Positions 1 to 10,437 of a stretch of 64,000 bases of DNA are shown here, piece by piece. A program made the position numbers and the translations under genes. Position 1 is the stretch's first letter, and each line of letters begins with the position of its first letter. The DNA is from Gemmatales bacterium (GTDB lineage: Bacteria; Planctomycetota; Planctomycetia; Gemmatales; HRBIN36), in contig JBEPZY010000001.1 of NCBI GenBank assembly GCA_041640595.1, positions 96,001 through 160,000 of the forward strand, given 5' to 3'. Below the pieces are notes generated by a model that saw only the letters and a list, made by a program, of their open reading frames with translations, had not been told where the DNA came from and searched no databases.

Positions 1-2109
1 ATGTCCCGTTGGGAAAAAGCCATCGGCGAACTCGAGCAGGCACGCTCGCTTTTGCAACAGATGCAACGAGACCAGCAGGTCGAACCTTTGCTGTTTGCCT
101 TTCACAGTATGGGGCAGATACGACGACTCAACCTCGACCAGTTGCCCAAAGCCTCTGACAAACCAGAAGGCCCCAACACCGCCTTACTCGACGCAATCGT
201 TCGTACCTTGCAGGAGCATGACCAATCCGACAAACCTGTGCTCGGTTTGATTATCCTTTCCGATGGCCGGGACACTTTTCAGTATCCCAAGCTCGACGAA
301 GTGGTGCAGAAAGCGCGGGAACGGTCGGTGCGCATTCATGCGGTCGGATTCGGTCATCCCGGCGGCACAGCCCTGTTGCCGGACATTGAGGTGGCACAGA
401 TCGAAGCTCCCCGACATGTGCGGATCAAAGACCGCCTGGTGGTGACTGGTGTCGTCACCACGCAGCAATTCGTCAACGAACCGATCACCATTCGCCTCCT
501 CATAGACGGCAAACCAGCGATGAGGGCCGACAAACCCGACGAGGAAGTTACCCATACCCTCACTCCCCAGCGTGCCGGCCAGACCTTCCGTTTTGCCCTG
601 CCCGCAGCCAAAACACCAGACCAACCTGGCAACATTCGCGTCACCCTTCGCGCCGACCCCAAACCGAATGAGCGCGACCAGAGCAACAACGAAAAGGTTA
701 CCACCGTTACGGTCACCAAAGAGGGATTGAGTGTTTTGTATCTCGACCGCTTGCGCCCCTGGGAGCCCCGCGAAATCTCTCGCGCCTTCAAGAGCGATGA
801 ACGCATCTCTCTGTACACCGACTTCGATTACCGCCTGACCAACCCCGAGGAGTGGCGTAAGAAACTCTGGCAAAACCTCCAGAGTAACCGTTACGACGTA
901 TTCATCATCGGCGACATTCCCGCTTCCCAGTTCAGTGCCGAAATTCTCCGCCACATTGCCGACGAAGTGAGCCTGCGGGGATCGGGTTTTGTCATGATCG
1001 GCGGACATCAAAGTTTCGCGGCTGGAGGCTGGCATCAAACACCTATCGCCCGCATCCTCCCGGTGGATTTGAGCGAAAGTGGCTCTCTGGAAGGCGGGCC
1101 GGGCCAGATTCTGGAGATTCCCTTTGTTCCCGAACCACGTGCTCTCGCCGAGCATCATTTCGTTTTGCGACAGGGTAGCGACCCCAAATCTTCGCTGGAA
1201 CGCTGGCGGAAATTGCCCCCACTTTCAGGTGGCAGTAAGGTCGGACGCCCCGTCGTTCGTGCCCAAGTCCTGGCTACCAGCCAGCCCGACGGCAAGGGCG
1301 ATATTCTGCTGGCAGTCCTGGACGGTATCGGTAAAGGTCGCTCCGCTGCTCTTGCCGTGGATACCACCTGGCGCTGGACGATGCCACGCTGGGAACCCAA
1401 CTTGCTTCTGAAACCTTTGCCGCCCGGAGAACTCAGCGAAGGCCAGGTCGCTTTTATCCGTTTCTGGCGGCAGCTGGTGCTGTGGCTGGCACGCCAGGAA
1501 CAGCAGGGTGATGCCATTTACGCCGACCTCGAGTTGCTTGACCTGCCCCGTGGTTCTGTGCAAAGTGTCTTTTTGCAGGCGGTGCGTGTTCAGCCGGGTG
1601 GTGCTCGTGATGAGCGCCAGCCTGTCCAGGACGTTGTCTTTCACCTCGAATTGCAAAAACCCAACCAACCGCAACCTCAACGCCTGGCCTTGCAGGTACG
1701 TTCTGGCCCGGACGGTAAGGCCAGGGTTACCATTCCACGCGAAGAGACTCTCGAAGTCGGCCAGTACGTGCTTTACGTTTCCGCCGAACTGGCAGGCAAG
1801 CCATTCGGCGAACGGCTGGCCGTTTCCTTCGCAGTCAACGAACTCAATCGCGAAGACCTTAACCGCTCCGCCAACCACGATTTGCTGAAGCAATTCTGCG
1901 AGCGTACCGGCGGAATTTTCCTTTCCCATTCCGGACTGAGTCAGTTGCTGGAACAATACCGCGGTGGCGAACTTACAACCCGTCGCATCACCGAAACTTT
2001 CCCTGATTGGGAAAAGCCTTTGCCCGGCGTTCAGCTCGCCTTCTTGCTCCTGTTTGGTTTATTTATCATCGCCGAATGGACGCTCCGCCGTTACTGGGGC
2101 CTGGTCTGA
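1..2109 (+). CDS. vWA-domain / glutamine-amidotransferase-like (DUF1355-type) membrane-anchored protein, probably 5'-partial
   Basis: vWA remnants (NTALLDAI, ILSDGRD), Ig-like middle, GATase1-like block (YDVFIIGD, GFVMIGG..SF..GGW, GKGRSAALAVDTTWRW, RFWRQLV.WL), C-terminal TM helix ending EWTLRRYWGLV. The MIDAS DxSxS is absent, so the true start may lie upstream of the window. Confidence 0.75.
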   Translation: MSRWEKAIGELEQARSLLQQMQRDQQVEPLLFAFHSMGQIRRLNLDQLPKASDKPEGPNTALLDAIVRTLQEHDQSDKPVLGLIILSDGRDTFQYPKLDEVVQKARERSVRIHAVGFGHPGGTALLPDIEVAQIEAPRHVRIKDRLVVTGVVTTQQFVNEPITIRLLIDGKPAMRADKPDEEVTHTLTPQRAGQTFRFALPAAKTPDQPGNIRVTLRADPKPNERDQSNNEKVTTVTVTKEGLSVLYLDRLRPWEPREISRAFKSDERISLYTDFDYRLTNPEEWRKKLWQNLQSNRYDVFIIGDIPASQFSAEILRHIADEVSLRGSGFVMIGGHQSFAAGGWHQTPIARILPVDLSESGSLEGGPGQILEIPFVPEPRALAEHHFVLRQGSDPKSSLERWRKLPPLSGGSKVGRPVVRAQVLATSQPDGKGDILLAVLDGIGKGRSAALAVDTTWRWTMPRWEPNLLLKPLPPGELSEGQVAFIRFWRQLVLWLARQEQQGDAIYADLELLDLPRGSVQSVFLQAVRVQPGGARDERQPVQDVVFHLELQKPNQPQPQRLALQVRSGPDGKARVTIPREETLEVGQYVLYVSAELAGKPFGERLAVSFAVNELNREDLNRSANHDLLKQFCERTGGIFLSHSGLSQLLEQYRGGELTTRRITETFPDWEKPLPGVQLAFLLLFGLFIIAEWTLRRYWGLV

Positions 2110-2362
2110 CAACTAAACACTTAGTGGCAGGAGCACCCACGCCGCTATAACTTAGCTTTTGCTGCATCATCCAGGCATGTCCTCGAAGCAAGTACTATAC
2201 ACGTGCTTGCCGTCACCTAGTTATGCGTGATGATCCTTCTTTGGCTTGTTCCGCTACCAAGTCCTAACATATACCGGCAAAATTTGCGGTACTTCACCGA
2301 GCGAAACCAGTCTTATGTTCGAGTGCGCGTAAGTTATAGTCGCTAAGTTTAGCGGCCGCCGA

Positions 2363-3499
2363 TTACAATGGCGGTACTGAGGGGAGAATGTCAGGATAGA
2401 TAGGATCCGGAGCCTCGCGGTTGATAAAGTCAATCAGCTGACGGAGTCGGCCCAGGCTACGCCGGTCGAACTGGAAACGCAAACGCGGCAGCATCGCAAG
2501 GTGAGAGTCGTTGCTCTCTTCCGGATCGGGACCTACTAATTCAAAAGTATCGCCGGCAACAATATCGGCAAATTCATGGCGCAGTCGCTCAATAAGCTCC
2601 GGAGGTAACGGGGTGCGCAGTCGCAGCACCAGGTGATGCTTGCGTCCAACATATCGCATGCTGTGATAAACCCGGTAAAACTGCCGAATCTCCGCTACCG
2701 CTTCGTCCACATTGTCCGTGATTTTGTAAAGAGCCAAATCCTGAGGCGAAATATAGTTCCGCGCTAGTAACATCTCCCGTATAAATTTATCGAAAGCTCG
2801 CCAGTAGTCCCCGCCGGGCTCATCAATCAGAACGATTGGGAACATGTGGCTCTTACCAGTCTGCACTAGGGTAAGTACCTCAAAACCTTCGTCCAGCGTT
2901 CCGAACCCGCCAGGGAACAAAGCCACGGCACTGGCTTCTTTAGCAAACATGAGTTTGCGTGTGAAGAAATACTTGAAATTGACCAGGCGTTGATCGTCGT
3001 CGGCTATAATCGGATTGGCTGCCTGTTCAAACGGCAGGCGAATGTTAATGCCCAAACTATTCTCTTTGCCGGCGCCCACGTGTCCCGCTTCCATGATACC
3101 GCTGGCAGCACCAGTGATTACCATGTAGCCAAGTTCGACCATCTTACGGGCGAAAGTGACCGCCGCCTGGTAAACAGGAGCATCGCGAGATGTTCGCGCC
3201 GAACCGAAAATGGTTACCTTCCGGCGATGCCGATACCGGGCAAACAAGGCCAGAGCATGCCGCAACTCGCGGATAGTCGTGGCGAGGATTTTCACATCGC
3301 CCCGGTCGGCTTTATCTTGCAAAAGCAAGTCGGCCGACTCCTTGATTTGCTGCACCAGTTCTTCGACAGTAACGTAGGTGTACAGCCGATTCTCGGGTGG
3401 CGATTGCTGAACCGGTGCATACCGGTTATTCGAGGCCGTGTTTTCGAAACCCGCCGGCTCGGACGAATTCGTCGGTACCTGTTCAGGCGAAGCAGACAT
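2363..3499 (-). CDS. LOG-family (TIGR00730-like) nucleotide phosphoribohydrolase, long form
   Basis: TIFGSAR, ITGAASGIM, FKYFFTRK and PGGFGTLDE motifs; start chosen at ATG 3499 (MSASPEQ). Confidence 0.85.
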   Translation of the reverse strand: MSASPEQVPTNSSEPAGFENTASNNRYAPVQQSPPENRLYTYVTVEELVQQIKESADLLLQDKADRGDVKILATTIRELRHALALFARYRHRRKVTIFGSARTSRDAPVYQAAVTFARKMVELGYMVITGAASGIMEAGHVGAGKENSLGINIRLPFEQAANPIIADDDQRLVNFKYFFTRKLMFAKEASAVALFPGGFGTLDEGFEVLTLVQTGKSHMFPIVLIDEPGGDYWRAFDKFIREMLLARNYISPQDLALYKITDNVDEAVAEIRQFYRVYHSMRYVGRKHHLVLRLRTPLPPELIERLRHEFADIVAGDTFELVGPDPEESNDSHLAMLPRLRFQFDRRSLGRLRQLIDFINREAPDPIYPDILPSVPPL

Positions 3500-3581
3500 G
3501 GTAAGTCCCTTATATACGTAGCGAGGTGAAAAAGGCGTTACTGAGCACCCGATAGGCGAAAGCAGGTTGCCCAGCAGCGCC

Positions 3582-3956
3582 TCAGGAAAGGGCGCGGAGG
3601 GCCTCATCCCGCGATTCGTAGATCGCCCAGAGGGTATCCATACCGGTTACGCGAAGTAACTCCCGCGCTGCTGGACGAGCGTTGCAGATCACCAGGTCGC
3701 CACCGTGGAGTTTCACCAGGTGGTGGAAGCGCAAGAGCATGGCAATGAAAACTGAACCAAAGTAGTTTACCTGCTCGAGGTCCACAATAATGCCTGTGGG
3801 CGGATTTTGCCGCAAAGGTTGTAAAATCAGGTCGGCCGCCATTCCGATAGCTTCCCATTGAAGTTTCTCGATGGCGTCGGTGGGAACCAGGATGGCCAAT
3901 TCTCCCCGGCGTTCCAGATGCAGGAACGTTCCAGGTTCAGGTGTCGAAGCCGGCAT
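3582..3956 (-). CDS. STAS-domain protein (anti-sigma-factor antagonist-like)
   Basis: IIVDLEQVNYFGS..IAMLL, GGDLVIC and ELLRVTGMD..WAIY pattern; start ATG 3956. Confidence 0.85.
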   Translation of the reverse strand: MPASTPEPGTFLHLERRGELAILVPTDAIEKLQWEAIGMAADLILQPLRQNPPTGIIVDLEQVNYFGSVFIAMLLRFHHLVKLHGGDLVICNARPAARELLRVTGMDTLWAIYESRDEALRALS

Positions 3957-4180
3957 GGGTTGCTCCCGCGTCGCCTGGCCAGAGTTGCTATTCTGCAACC
4001 GGCAAGCGCCAGCATAACAAAATGCTACACACTTGCCAAGCTGGTTTCCTTCAGGAATAGCAGCCGGCCCATCGTCCCGAAATTTCCGCGGCTCTGCATA
4101 CAATGATACGCTGGCGAGAAGGTCAACTGTTCGCCAGGTCATTACGCTCAGGTTGCTCTGGTTCCAGGAGGGGCAAGCTT

Positions 4181-6130
4181 ATGGCGCAACTTGAATATGC
4201 TTTCGATGTCGTGGTCGTCGGTGCTGGACACGCTGGGTGTGAAGCCGCTCTGGCGTGCGCCCGCATGGGGTTGCGTACTGCGTTGCTGACCATGAATTGC
4301 GACACAGTAGCACAAATGAGCTGCAATCCGGCAATTGGCGGAGTGGCGAAAGGACAGATTGTCCGCGAAATTGATGCGCTGGGCGGCGAAATGGCGAAAG
4401 TCACCGATGTGGCCGGTCTGCAGTTCCGTATGCTCAATCGTACCAAGGGTCCGGCCATGCACAGCCCGCGCGCTCAGTGTGATAAAAAGCTGTACCAGTT
4501 TACCATGAAACACCGTATCGAGGCTCAGCCAAACCTGACGTTGCGGCAGGAACTGGTCGAACGCCTGCTTGTCGAGCCTTTAAGTCGGGCGGAACAATCT
4601 GCCCAGGAACAGCCAGATCCGCTGGCGGCGGTTGGCGGGCCAGTCAGCAGTGCTCCCCGCTATCGCGTAGTCGGTGTGCTCTGCCAGGGGGATACACTCT
4701 ATCGCGCTCGCGCCGTTATTCTGACCACAGGCACGTTTTTGCAGGCGGTTCTCCATGTCGGCGAAGCAAAGAGCCGCGGCGGACGCATGGGAGACGGTGT
4801 GGCTGAACGACTGAGCGGTAGTCTTATGGAGCTTGGCTTTCAACTTGCCCGATTCAAAACCGGTACGCCCTGCCGACTGAATGGCCGTACTATCAATTTC
4901 GACATCCTCGAACGACAACCGGGCGATCCCGAACCAAAACCGTTCAGCTTTTCGACCCCGAAAATCACTCAGCCCCAGCTCGATTGCCACATCACCTATA
5001 CTAATCCCGCTGTGCACGACTTAATTAGAGCCAATCTGCATCGTGCTCCCATGTATAGCGGTCAGATTAAGAGCCGGGGTCCCCGTTATTGCCCATCTAT
5101 CGAAGACAAGGTTGTCCGCTTTCCCGATAAGGATCGCCATCAGATTTTCCTCGAACCGGAAGGTTACAATACGCTGGAATATTACTGCAATGGCATCAGT
5201 ACCAGTTTACCCAAAGATGTTCAAGAGGCGATGATTCACATGATTCGTGGTCTGGAAAACGCTGAGATCATGCGTTACGGTTACGCGGTCGAATACGACT
5301 ATGCTCCGCCCACGCAATTGTTTGCGACATTGGAAACCAAGCTCGTGGCCGGGCTTTATTTCGCCGGCCAGATTAACGGTACCACCGGTTATGAAGAAGC
5401 GGCAGCTCAGGGATTAATTGCCGGGATCAACGCTGCCCTGAAATTGAAAGGAGAACATCCTCTTATCCTGGATCGCAGCCAGGCCTATATCGGCGTGTTG
5501 ATAGACGACTTAGTTACTCGGGGTGTGGACGAACCTTATCGCATGTTTACTTCCCGGGCCGAATATCGCCTTCTACTCCGCCATGACAACGCAGATCGCC
5601 GACTAAGTCCGCTTGGCTGGCGGGTCGGTTTGCTCAGTCGCGACGCCTGGCAACGATTGCAGGAAAAGGAAGAACGCCTTCGCCAGCTAATGCACTTACT
5701 CGAAACCCAGCGATATCAAGGACTAACACTCGCTCATTGGCTGCGTCGGCCGGGCATCGAATGGGAACAACTGCTCGCCTGGCATCCACCTTTGCGCGAG
5801 TTTAATGCCTGGCCAGAGGTTGTTGAACAGGCGATCATTGACACACGCTACGCTGGTTATATAGAAAGACAGGCGGCTCAGGTAGAAAAATTCCGCAAAC
5901 TGGAGTCGCGTGTTATCCCCGAGCATTTCGACTATTTAGCTGTCCCACAATTGCGCGCAGAGGCCCGCGAAAAACTTATGCGGATTCGCCCCCGTACTCT
6001 CGGTCAGGCAAGTCGCATTAGCGGGATTAGTCCTGCCGATATCGCCCTGTTGATTTTCTACCTCGAAAACGGCCGCCGCGATCTGGATGCAGGTTCCTGT
6101 GCTTTGGATTGTGCTGAAAACAGCACTTAG
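4181..6130 (+). CDS. mnmG: tRNA uridine-5-carboxymethylaminomethyl(34) synthesis enzyme MnmG (GidA)
   Basis: [78 protein letters not shown] upstream of ATG 4181. Confidence 0.97.
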   Translation: MAQLEYAFDVVVVGAGHAGCEAALACARMGLRTALLTMNCDTVAQMSCNPAIGGVAKGQIVREIDALGGEMAKVTDVAGLQFRMLNRTKGPAMHSPRAQCDKKLYQFTMKHRIEAQPNLTLRQELVERLLVEPLSRAEQSAQEQPDPLAAVGGPVSSAPRYRVVGVLCQGDTLYRARAVILTTGTFLQAVLHVGEAKSRGGRMGDGVAERLSGSLMELGFQLARFKTGTPCRLNGRTINFDILERQPGDPEPKPFSFSTPKITQPQLDCHITYTNPAVHDLIRANLHRAPMYSGQIKSRGPRYCPSIEDKVVRFPDKDRHQIFLEPEGYNTLEYYCNGISTSLPKDVQEAMIHMIRGLENAEIMRYGYAVEYDYAPPTQLFATLETKLVAGLYFAGQINGTTGYEEAAAQGLIAGINAALKLKGEHPLILDRSQAYIGVLIDDLVTRGVDEPYRMFTSRAEYRLLLRHDNADRRLSPLGWRVGLLSRDAWQRLQEKEERLRQLMHLLETQRYQGLTLAHWLRRPGIEWEQLLAWHPPLREFNAWPEVVEQAIIDTRYAGYIERQAAQVEKFRKLESRVIPEHFDYLAVPQLRAEAREKLMRIRPRTLGQASRISGISPADIALLIFYLENGRRDLDAGSCALDCAENST

Positions 6131-6137
6131 CACATAT

Positions 6138-6836
6138 TTAGCCATTAGGTATCCATTGACTCAGTTCTAAGCTCTGGGCCGCCTGCCACGCTTCAACGGT
6201 TCCGATAGGAAACCAGAAACGTGCCTCTAATACCTGGCAAGGGATTTGTTTGGCCAGTTCACTAATCATCTGAGTCAATTCGTATTCTCCTCGTGGTGAA
6301 AGCTGCGGCGTTACCTGGAATATATCGCATGGCAACATATAAGCGCCTGCATTGGCAAGGGCAGGCCCAGAGATATTGGGCTTTTCGATAAGCTCTGTCA
6401 AGGTGCCTTGCGGGCTCACGCGAACAATTCCAAATAACCTCGGTTCTGGGACGCGATAGGCCAGCAGCCCGAACCGATGTTCTACTAACCGGGCCAGATC
6501 ATCCGCCGCATAAAGATCGTCACCATTAAGCAGAAGAAAGCGATCGCCCCGAATACACTCCCGGCAGGCCAGCACTGCGTCACCACTGCCGCGCGGTTGT
6601 TCTTGACGTACAACGTGCCATTGAACCGGGTTAGTTTGTTTAGTGAGCCAGTCCACAATTTGTTCAGCAAGATAATGCACTACAACATAAACACGCGTGA
6701 TTTGACGCGGCAGAGCATGCATTATCCATTGTAATATCGGCTTGCCTTGCACAGGTAGCAATGGTTTGGGCGTCTTCAAAGTATATGGACGTAACCGTTT
6801 CCCTAAACCCGCGGCCAGAATCACTGCCTCGTGCAT
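6138..6836 (-). CDS. Sugar-phosphate nucleotidyltransferase (NTP_transferase domain only)
   Basis: ILAAGLGKRL, PKPLLPV, NGDD, EKP, SPRGEYELT; no left-handed beta-helix domain. Confidence 0.85.
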   Translation of the reverse strand: MHEAVILAAGLGKRLRPYTLKTPKPLLPVQGKPILQWIMHALPRQITRVYVVVHYLAEQIVDWLTKQTNPVQWHVVRQEQPRGSGDAVLACRECIRGDRFLLLNGDDLYAADDLARLVEHRFGLLAYRVPEPRLFGIVRVSPQGTLTELIEKPNISGPALANAGAYMLPCDIFQVTPQLSPRGEYELTQMISELAKQIPCQVLEARFWFPIGTVEAWQAAQSLELSQWIPNG

Positions 6837-7948
6837 GCAGTAGTCTCCTGCGAGCTACTCATAAGCTCTAACAAAGTTTCGCGCACTAAACTTTCGGGCA
6901 CGTTTTCCACGAGTTCCACACAGCCAATGCGGTTCGGCAGTATAAATCGCAGTCGTCCCGCTCGGGCTTTCTTATCATGGCGCATGATAGCTAACAGTTC
7001 GTCAACTGGCATGAACTTTAGTTGCACCGGAAGCCCCAATCGTCTCAGCAGATTGCGTTGCCGCTCAGTAACCTCGCCTGGAATCCGCCCTAATTTTTCC
7101 GCCAGACGACTGGCGCAAATCATGCCAACCGCAACCGCTTCGCCGTGTAACCATTCCGAGTAACTACCCAGTGTTTCGAAGGCATGCGCGAAGGTATGCC
7201 CATAGTTAAGGATAGCCCGCAGACCAGTTTCTTCGCATGGATCTTGCTCCACGATATTCGCCTTGAGTCGGCAACAATGAACGACTATGTGCTGCAAGGT
7301 CTCCTTATCACGGGCCAGGATTCGCTCGACATTCGCTTCTATATACTCAAAAAACCGAGCATCCATAATCACGCCGTACTTTACCACTTCAGCCAGGCCA
7401 CTTCGATATTCTCGCTCCGGCAGCGTGTCTAACGTGTTTAGCGTGATCCACACACCCACCGGCTGGTAGAATGCACCGATAAGATTCTTACCGCGGGGAT
7501 GATTGACGGCCACTTTGCCTCCGATAGCACTATCCACCATCGCCAGCAAAGTGGTCGGCACCATAAGCAGCGGTAAACCGCGATTGAATGTGGCCGCGAC
7601 AAATCCTGCTAAGTCTCCGATAACTCCGCCACCTAGCGCGACTACTAAAGTTTGCCTGTCAGCTCGTAGCTCTATCAGCGCATCATAGAGTCTGGCTGCC
7701 ATTTCTAAAGACTTAGAAGACTCACCACTGGGAATCACCGCCAGGCTGCTGCGAAAGCCTTGCTGTTCCAGCGCCTGAAGCACAACATCAGCATAGCTTT
7801 TTACCGCCGCATCGCAAACCACGAGAGCCAGTTCACTTTTAGCAACGCAGCTACGAGCGAACTCGCCAATCGCCCCTAAGTTTGCCGAATGCACCTGGAT
7901 GGGATAGCTAGCTTCCCGAGCTGGTATAGTTACTCGAAGGGTCTGCAT
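6821..7948 (-). CDS. aroB: 3-dehydroquinate synthase
   Basis: GGGVIGDLAGF, PTTLLAMVDSAIGGK, KNLIGAF, LNYGHTFAHA, HGEAV, DKK; alternative start at 7987. Confidence 0.93.
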   Translation of the reverse strand: MQTLRVTIPAREASYPIQVHSANLGAIGEFARSCVAKSELALVVCDAAVKSYADVVLQALEQQGFRSSLAVIPSGESSKSLEMAARLYDALIELRADRQTLVVALGGGVIGDLAGFVAATFNRGLPLLMVPTTLLAMVDSAIGGKVAVNHPRGKNLIGAFYQPVGVWITLNTLDTLPEREYRSGLAEVVKYGVIMDARFFEYIEANVERILARDKETLQHIVVHCCRLKANIVEQDPCEETGLRAILNYGHTFAHAFETLGSYSEWLHGEAVAVGMICASRLAEKLGRIPGEVTERQRNLLRRLGLPVQLKFMPVDELLAIMRHDKKARAGRLRFILPNRIGCVELVENVPESLVRETLLELMSSSQETTACTRQ

Positions 7949-8008
7949 CTGAATTGCACCACACAGGCTCATGTTCCGATTGGACAAGTCAGTCAGCTCG
8001 TCTCGTTG

Positions 8009-8902
8009 CTAATCTTCATCCACACGTATAGCGTAAAAACCGGCGTCGCGCTCTTGAAATTTTGAGGTACCACAAATAGCAGCGCCGCCTCGCGTGAAAA
8101 TATAGCCGCTGAAATGCTGCACCGATTGCGGGAACTTGATCGTGAATTGAACCAGGTGACGGGGATTAGGGCCGACTTTGCCGGATACTGGATATTTGTT
8201 GCCAGTGGTGTCCGAAAGAAACTCGCCGCTAAGGTTTCCCTCAGCATCCACCTGCAAACGTAAAAGACCACTACGCCGACCGTCGTCGTAAAGGCGGAAG
8301 CTGCCATTGAAAAATTCCGGCCGGTATGGGTCGTCGGGGGCCGGTCGCGCGGATTTCTTAATCTCCGTCCCGGCCAGCGATCGTGTGATTAGATATAGAC
8401 GCGCTTTGCCCAGACTCTGAAGAACTTCGCCTTTTTTAGGGTCTATATCAAACCGCAAATCGCCGCCTATTTCACCCGGTACGATCTGGCCGATTTCCAG
8501 ATGAAATACATATCCAGGATAAAGGTGTATATTCCGACCTTCAGCAGCGATAGAGCGCTCGGTGCCTGGCCGGTAGGTTACGAAACGTTCGATGACCAGT
8601 ACGGGAAATACCCGGTCAGCAAATTTCTGCCGGGCAAACTGAACTAATAACTTGGCGTTGAAACCGTTACTGGTTCGCACAAGGATGAGTGCACTGTTGC
8701 TTCCGGGAACAAGTTTAGGAGCTTCGTTCGCCTGCTCGGCGGTGAGTTGGGTTAGTTCGATCACTCCAGGCTGGCCAATCGCCTTCCCCAGCACATGATT
8801 CGTGTAACGGTCAAACACGTCCCCATGGGCAACATGACTAACCATGAAGAGGCCGACTACCGAAGTCAGCAATAAATTTAGAACTATTTTTGCCATGCTC
8901 AT
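8009..8902 (-). CDS. Secreted hypothetical protein
   Basis: 297-aa ORF with signal peptide (VAHG-D), GGAG SD, beta-rich sequence, tightly packed in the operon. Confidence 0.7.
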   Translation of the reverse strand: MSMAKIVLNLLLTSVVGLFMVSHVAHGDVFDRYTNHVLGKAIGQPGVIELTQLTAEQANEAPKLVPGSNSALILVRTSNGFNAKLLVQFARQKFADRVFPVLVIERFVTYRPGTERSIAAEGRNIHLYPGYVFHLEIGQIVPGEIGGDLRFDIDPKKGEVLQSLGKARLYLITRSLAGTEIKKSARPAPDDPYRPEFFNGSFRLYDDGRRSGLLRLQVDAEGNLSGEFLSDTTGNKYPVSGKVGPNPRHLVQFTIKFPQSVQHFSGYIFTRGGAAICGTSKFQERDAGFYAIRVDED

Positions 8903-8908
8903 CTCTCC

Positions 8909-10375
8909 TTATTGGCTGCGGCTTGCTACTGTGTGCAAGAGCGTCAGTATTTCCGCCGTAATTTTTTCCGAAGCGTGCACCTCGAGATAGCTCGAGCGGG
9001 CCCGCCAGGTTTCGTAACCCCCCAATTCATGATGCCTCGGTGTCGGAAGGTAACCATTATAACCGTTAGCAAGCTCGATAATAAAGGTCGGTTTCAGGGG
9101 ACTCTTCTGCTTAATTTCCAGGCCGATTTCGCAAAAGACCTCGCAGGGAAGGGCGCCAATGCCGACTTCGCCAACACGAATAGCTTGTAGCTTGAGACGG
9201 ACGCGGGGCGGATACTGAGCGAGCAGAACGGTTTCTCGCGCGTAGATTTCCGGAACTGTGCGTAGAACGGCCCCCTTAGCCTGAGCTAGTATTTCGCGAG
9301 CCTTAGCAACTTCCTCTGGCGAAGGCAGCCGAACGCCTAATTCTATTTCCTTCTCAGCAACAGCTAATGTAATGTCTTCCCGATGCTTGTCCGCGACCTG
9401 TTGATAGGCAGCATAAGCAGCCCGCGCGACACTATCAGCCACGAGTCGGCACTGCGAATACGGTTCCCGCGGTCCGGGAGCAGGCATAGCGAAATTGATG
9501 TTATTGATGTCGCCGCTGGTTCCGTTTGTCATAATGCCAACAAAGGGTGGCTGGACACGCTCAGCTCCTAAAAGTTGCTTGATCCGTTCGGCAAACGCAC
9601 CAAAATAGTCAGCGGATAGTCCCGGCACTCCTCCAACATAATGCAAAGCATAGTTAGCAAGAAAAGCGATAGGCCTGCCCTGGCGAGATTGCACGCTGAG
9701 GAAACATACTTCCGGGTCCGTTGGACCAGCTGGTTTTATTAGTCCCGGATGCTGATAGCCGGGATTCATTTTCACCTGTTCTACCCGACCAAACGGATTC
9801 GGCCCGAAACTACCAGGCTTGACGTACCAGCGGCGATTGAAGACCTGGGTAGGATCTTTACCAACTCCCCAGGCAATGCGGGCCGGCTCACGCTGTTGAT
9901 AAGCCTGCTCCACACCCTTGACGATTTGTTCAACGAGAAAATCCCGGTACCAGTCAACCGGTTCGCTTTGAAAGACACCAGTGAGAGTCACAGCCGAGTG
10001 AGTGTGCGTTGCCGCAATCAATATATTGCTTTTAGGAATGCCTAGCCTCTTTTCGATCAATTCTTTGGCCCGGTCGCACAAATCGCGGGGGATCATACAG
10101 GAATCCACAACAACGAACACCACGGTGGTCCGACCGTCATCCAGCACCAGACAGCGAGCGTGCAGGGGATCGTGCACCTCACTAATCATGCGGTCCTGCA
10201 TACCCCCATTGACAGAAACAGGCAACTTCTTGGGCGTAATATCAATCGCATAAGCTCCGGCACGCAGACCACCGGACTTAGGCTCTACACTTCTAACAAG
10301 GGACGCGCTCATTACCAATAAAGCAGCCAATACCGTAAATACCAGGGCAAATACCGCTCTGCGCATTGGCAACAT
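8909..10375 (-). CDS. Neutral/alkaline ceramidase-like amidohydrolase, secreted
   Basis: Signal peptide; HDPLHARCLVL, ATHTHS, NYALH, SADY, GTSGDIN, GYNGYLPT..GGYE motifs. Confidence 0.75.
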   Translation of the reverse strand: MLPMRRAVFALVFTVLAALLVMSASLVRSVEPKSGGLRAGAYAIDITPKKLPVSVNGGMQDRMISEVHDPLHARCLVLDDGRTTVVFVVVDSCMIPRDLCDRAKELIEKRLGIPKSNILIAATHTHSAVTLTGVFQSEPVDWYRDFLVEQIVKGVEQAYQQREPARIAWGVGKDPTQVFNRRWYVKPGSFGPNPFGRVEQVKMNPGYQHPGLIKPAGPTDPEVCFLSVQSRQGRPIAFLANYALHYVGGVPGLSADYFGAFAERIKQLLGAERVQPPFVGIMTNGTSGDINNINFAMPAPGPREPYSQCRLVADSVARAAYAAYQQVADKHREDITLAVAEKEIELGVRLPSPEEVAKAREILAQAKGAVLRTVPEIYARETVLLAQYPPRVRLKLQAIRVGEVGIGALPCEVFCEIGLEIKQKSPLKPTFIIELANGYNGYLPTPRHHELGGYETWRARSSYLEVHASEKITAEILTLLHTVASRSQ

Positions 10376-10437
10376 ATTGCTTCTCCTTTTAGCAGGGAGA
10401 GCCAGGTGATACTATATCCGGTCCCTGCTTTATCAAA

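Noticed and set aside
6138..7948. aroB overlapping a nucleotidyltransferase as a possible aminocyclitol (sugar-phosphate cyclase) biosynthetic pair
   Set aside because: The cyclase has canonical DHQS motifs (GKNLIGAF, K..IVE.D..E..GLR.ILN.GHT), and no kinase, glycosyltransferase or aminotransferase is nearby.
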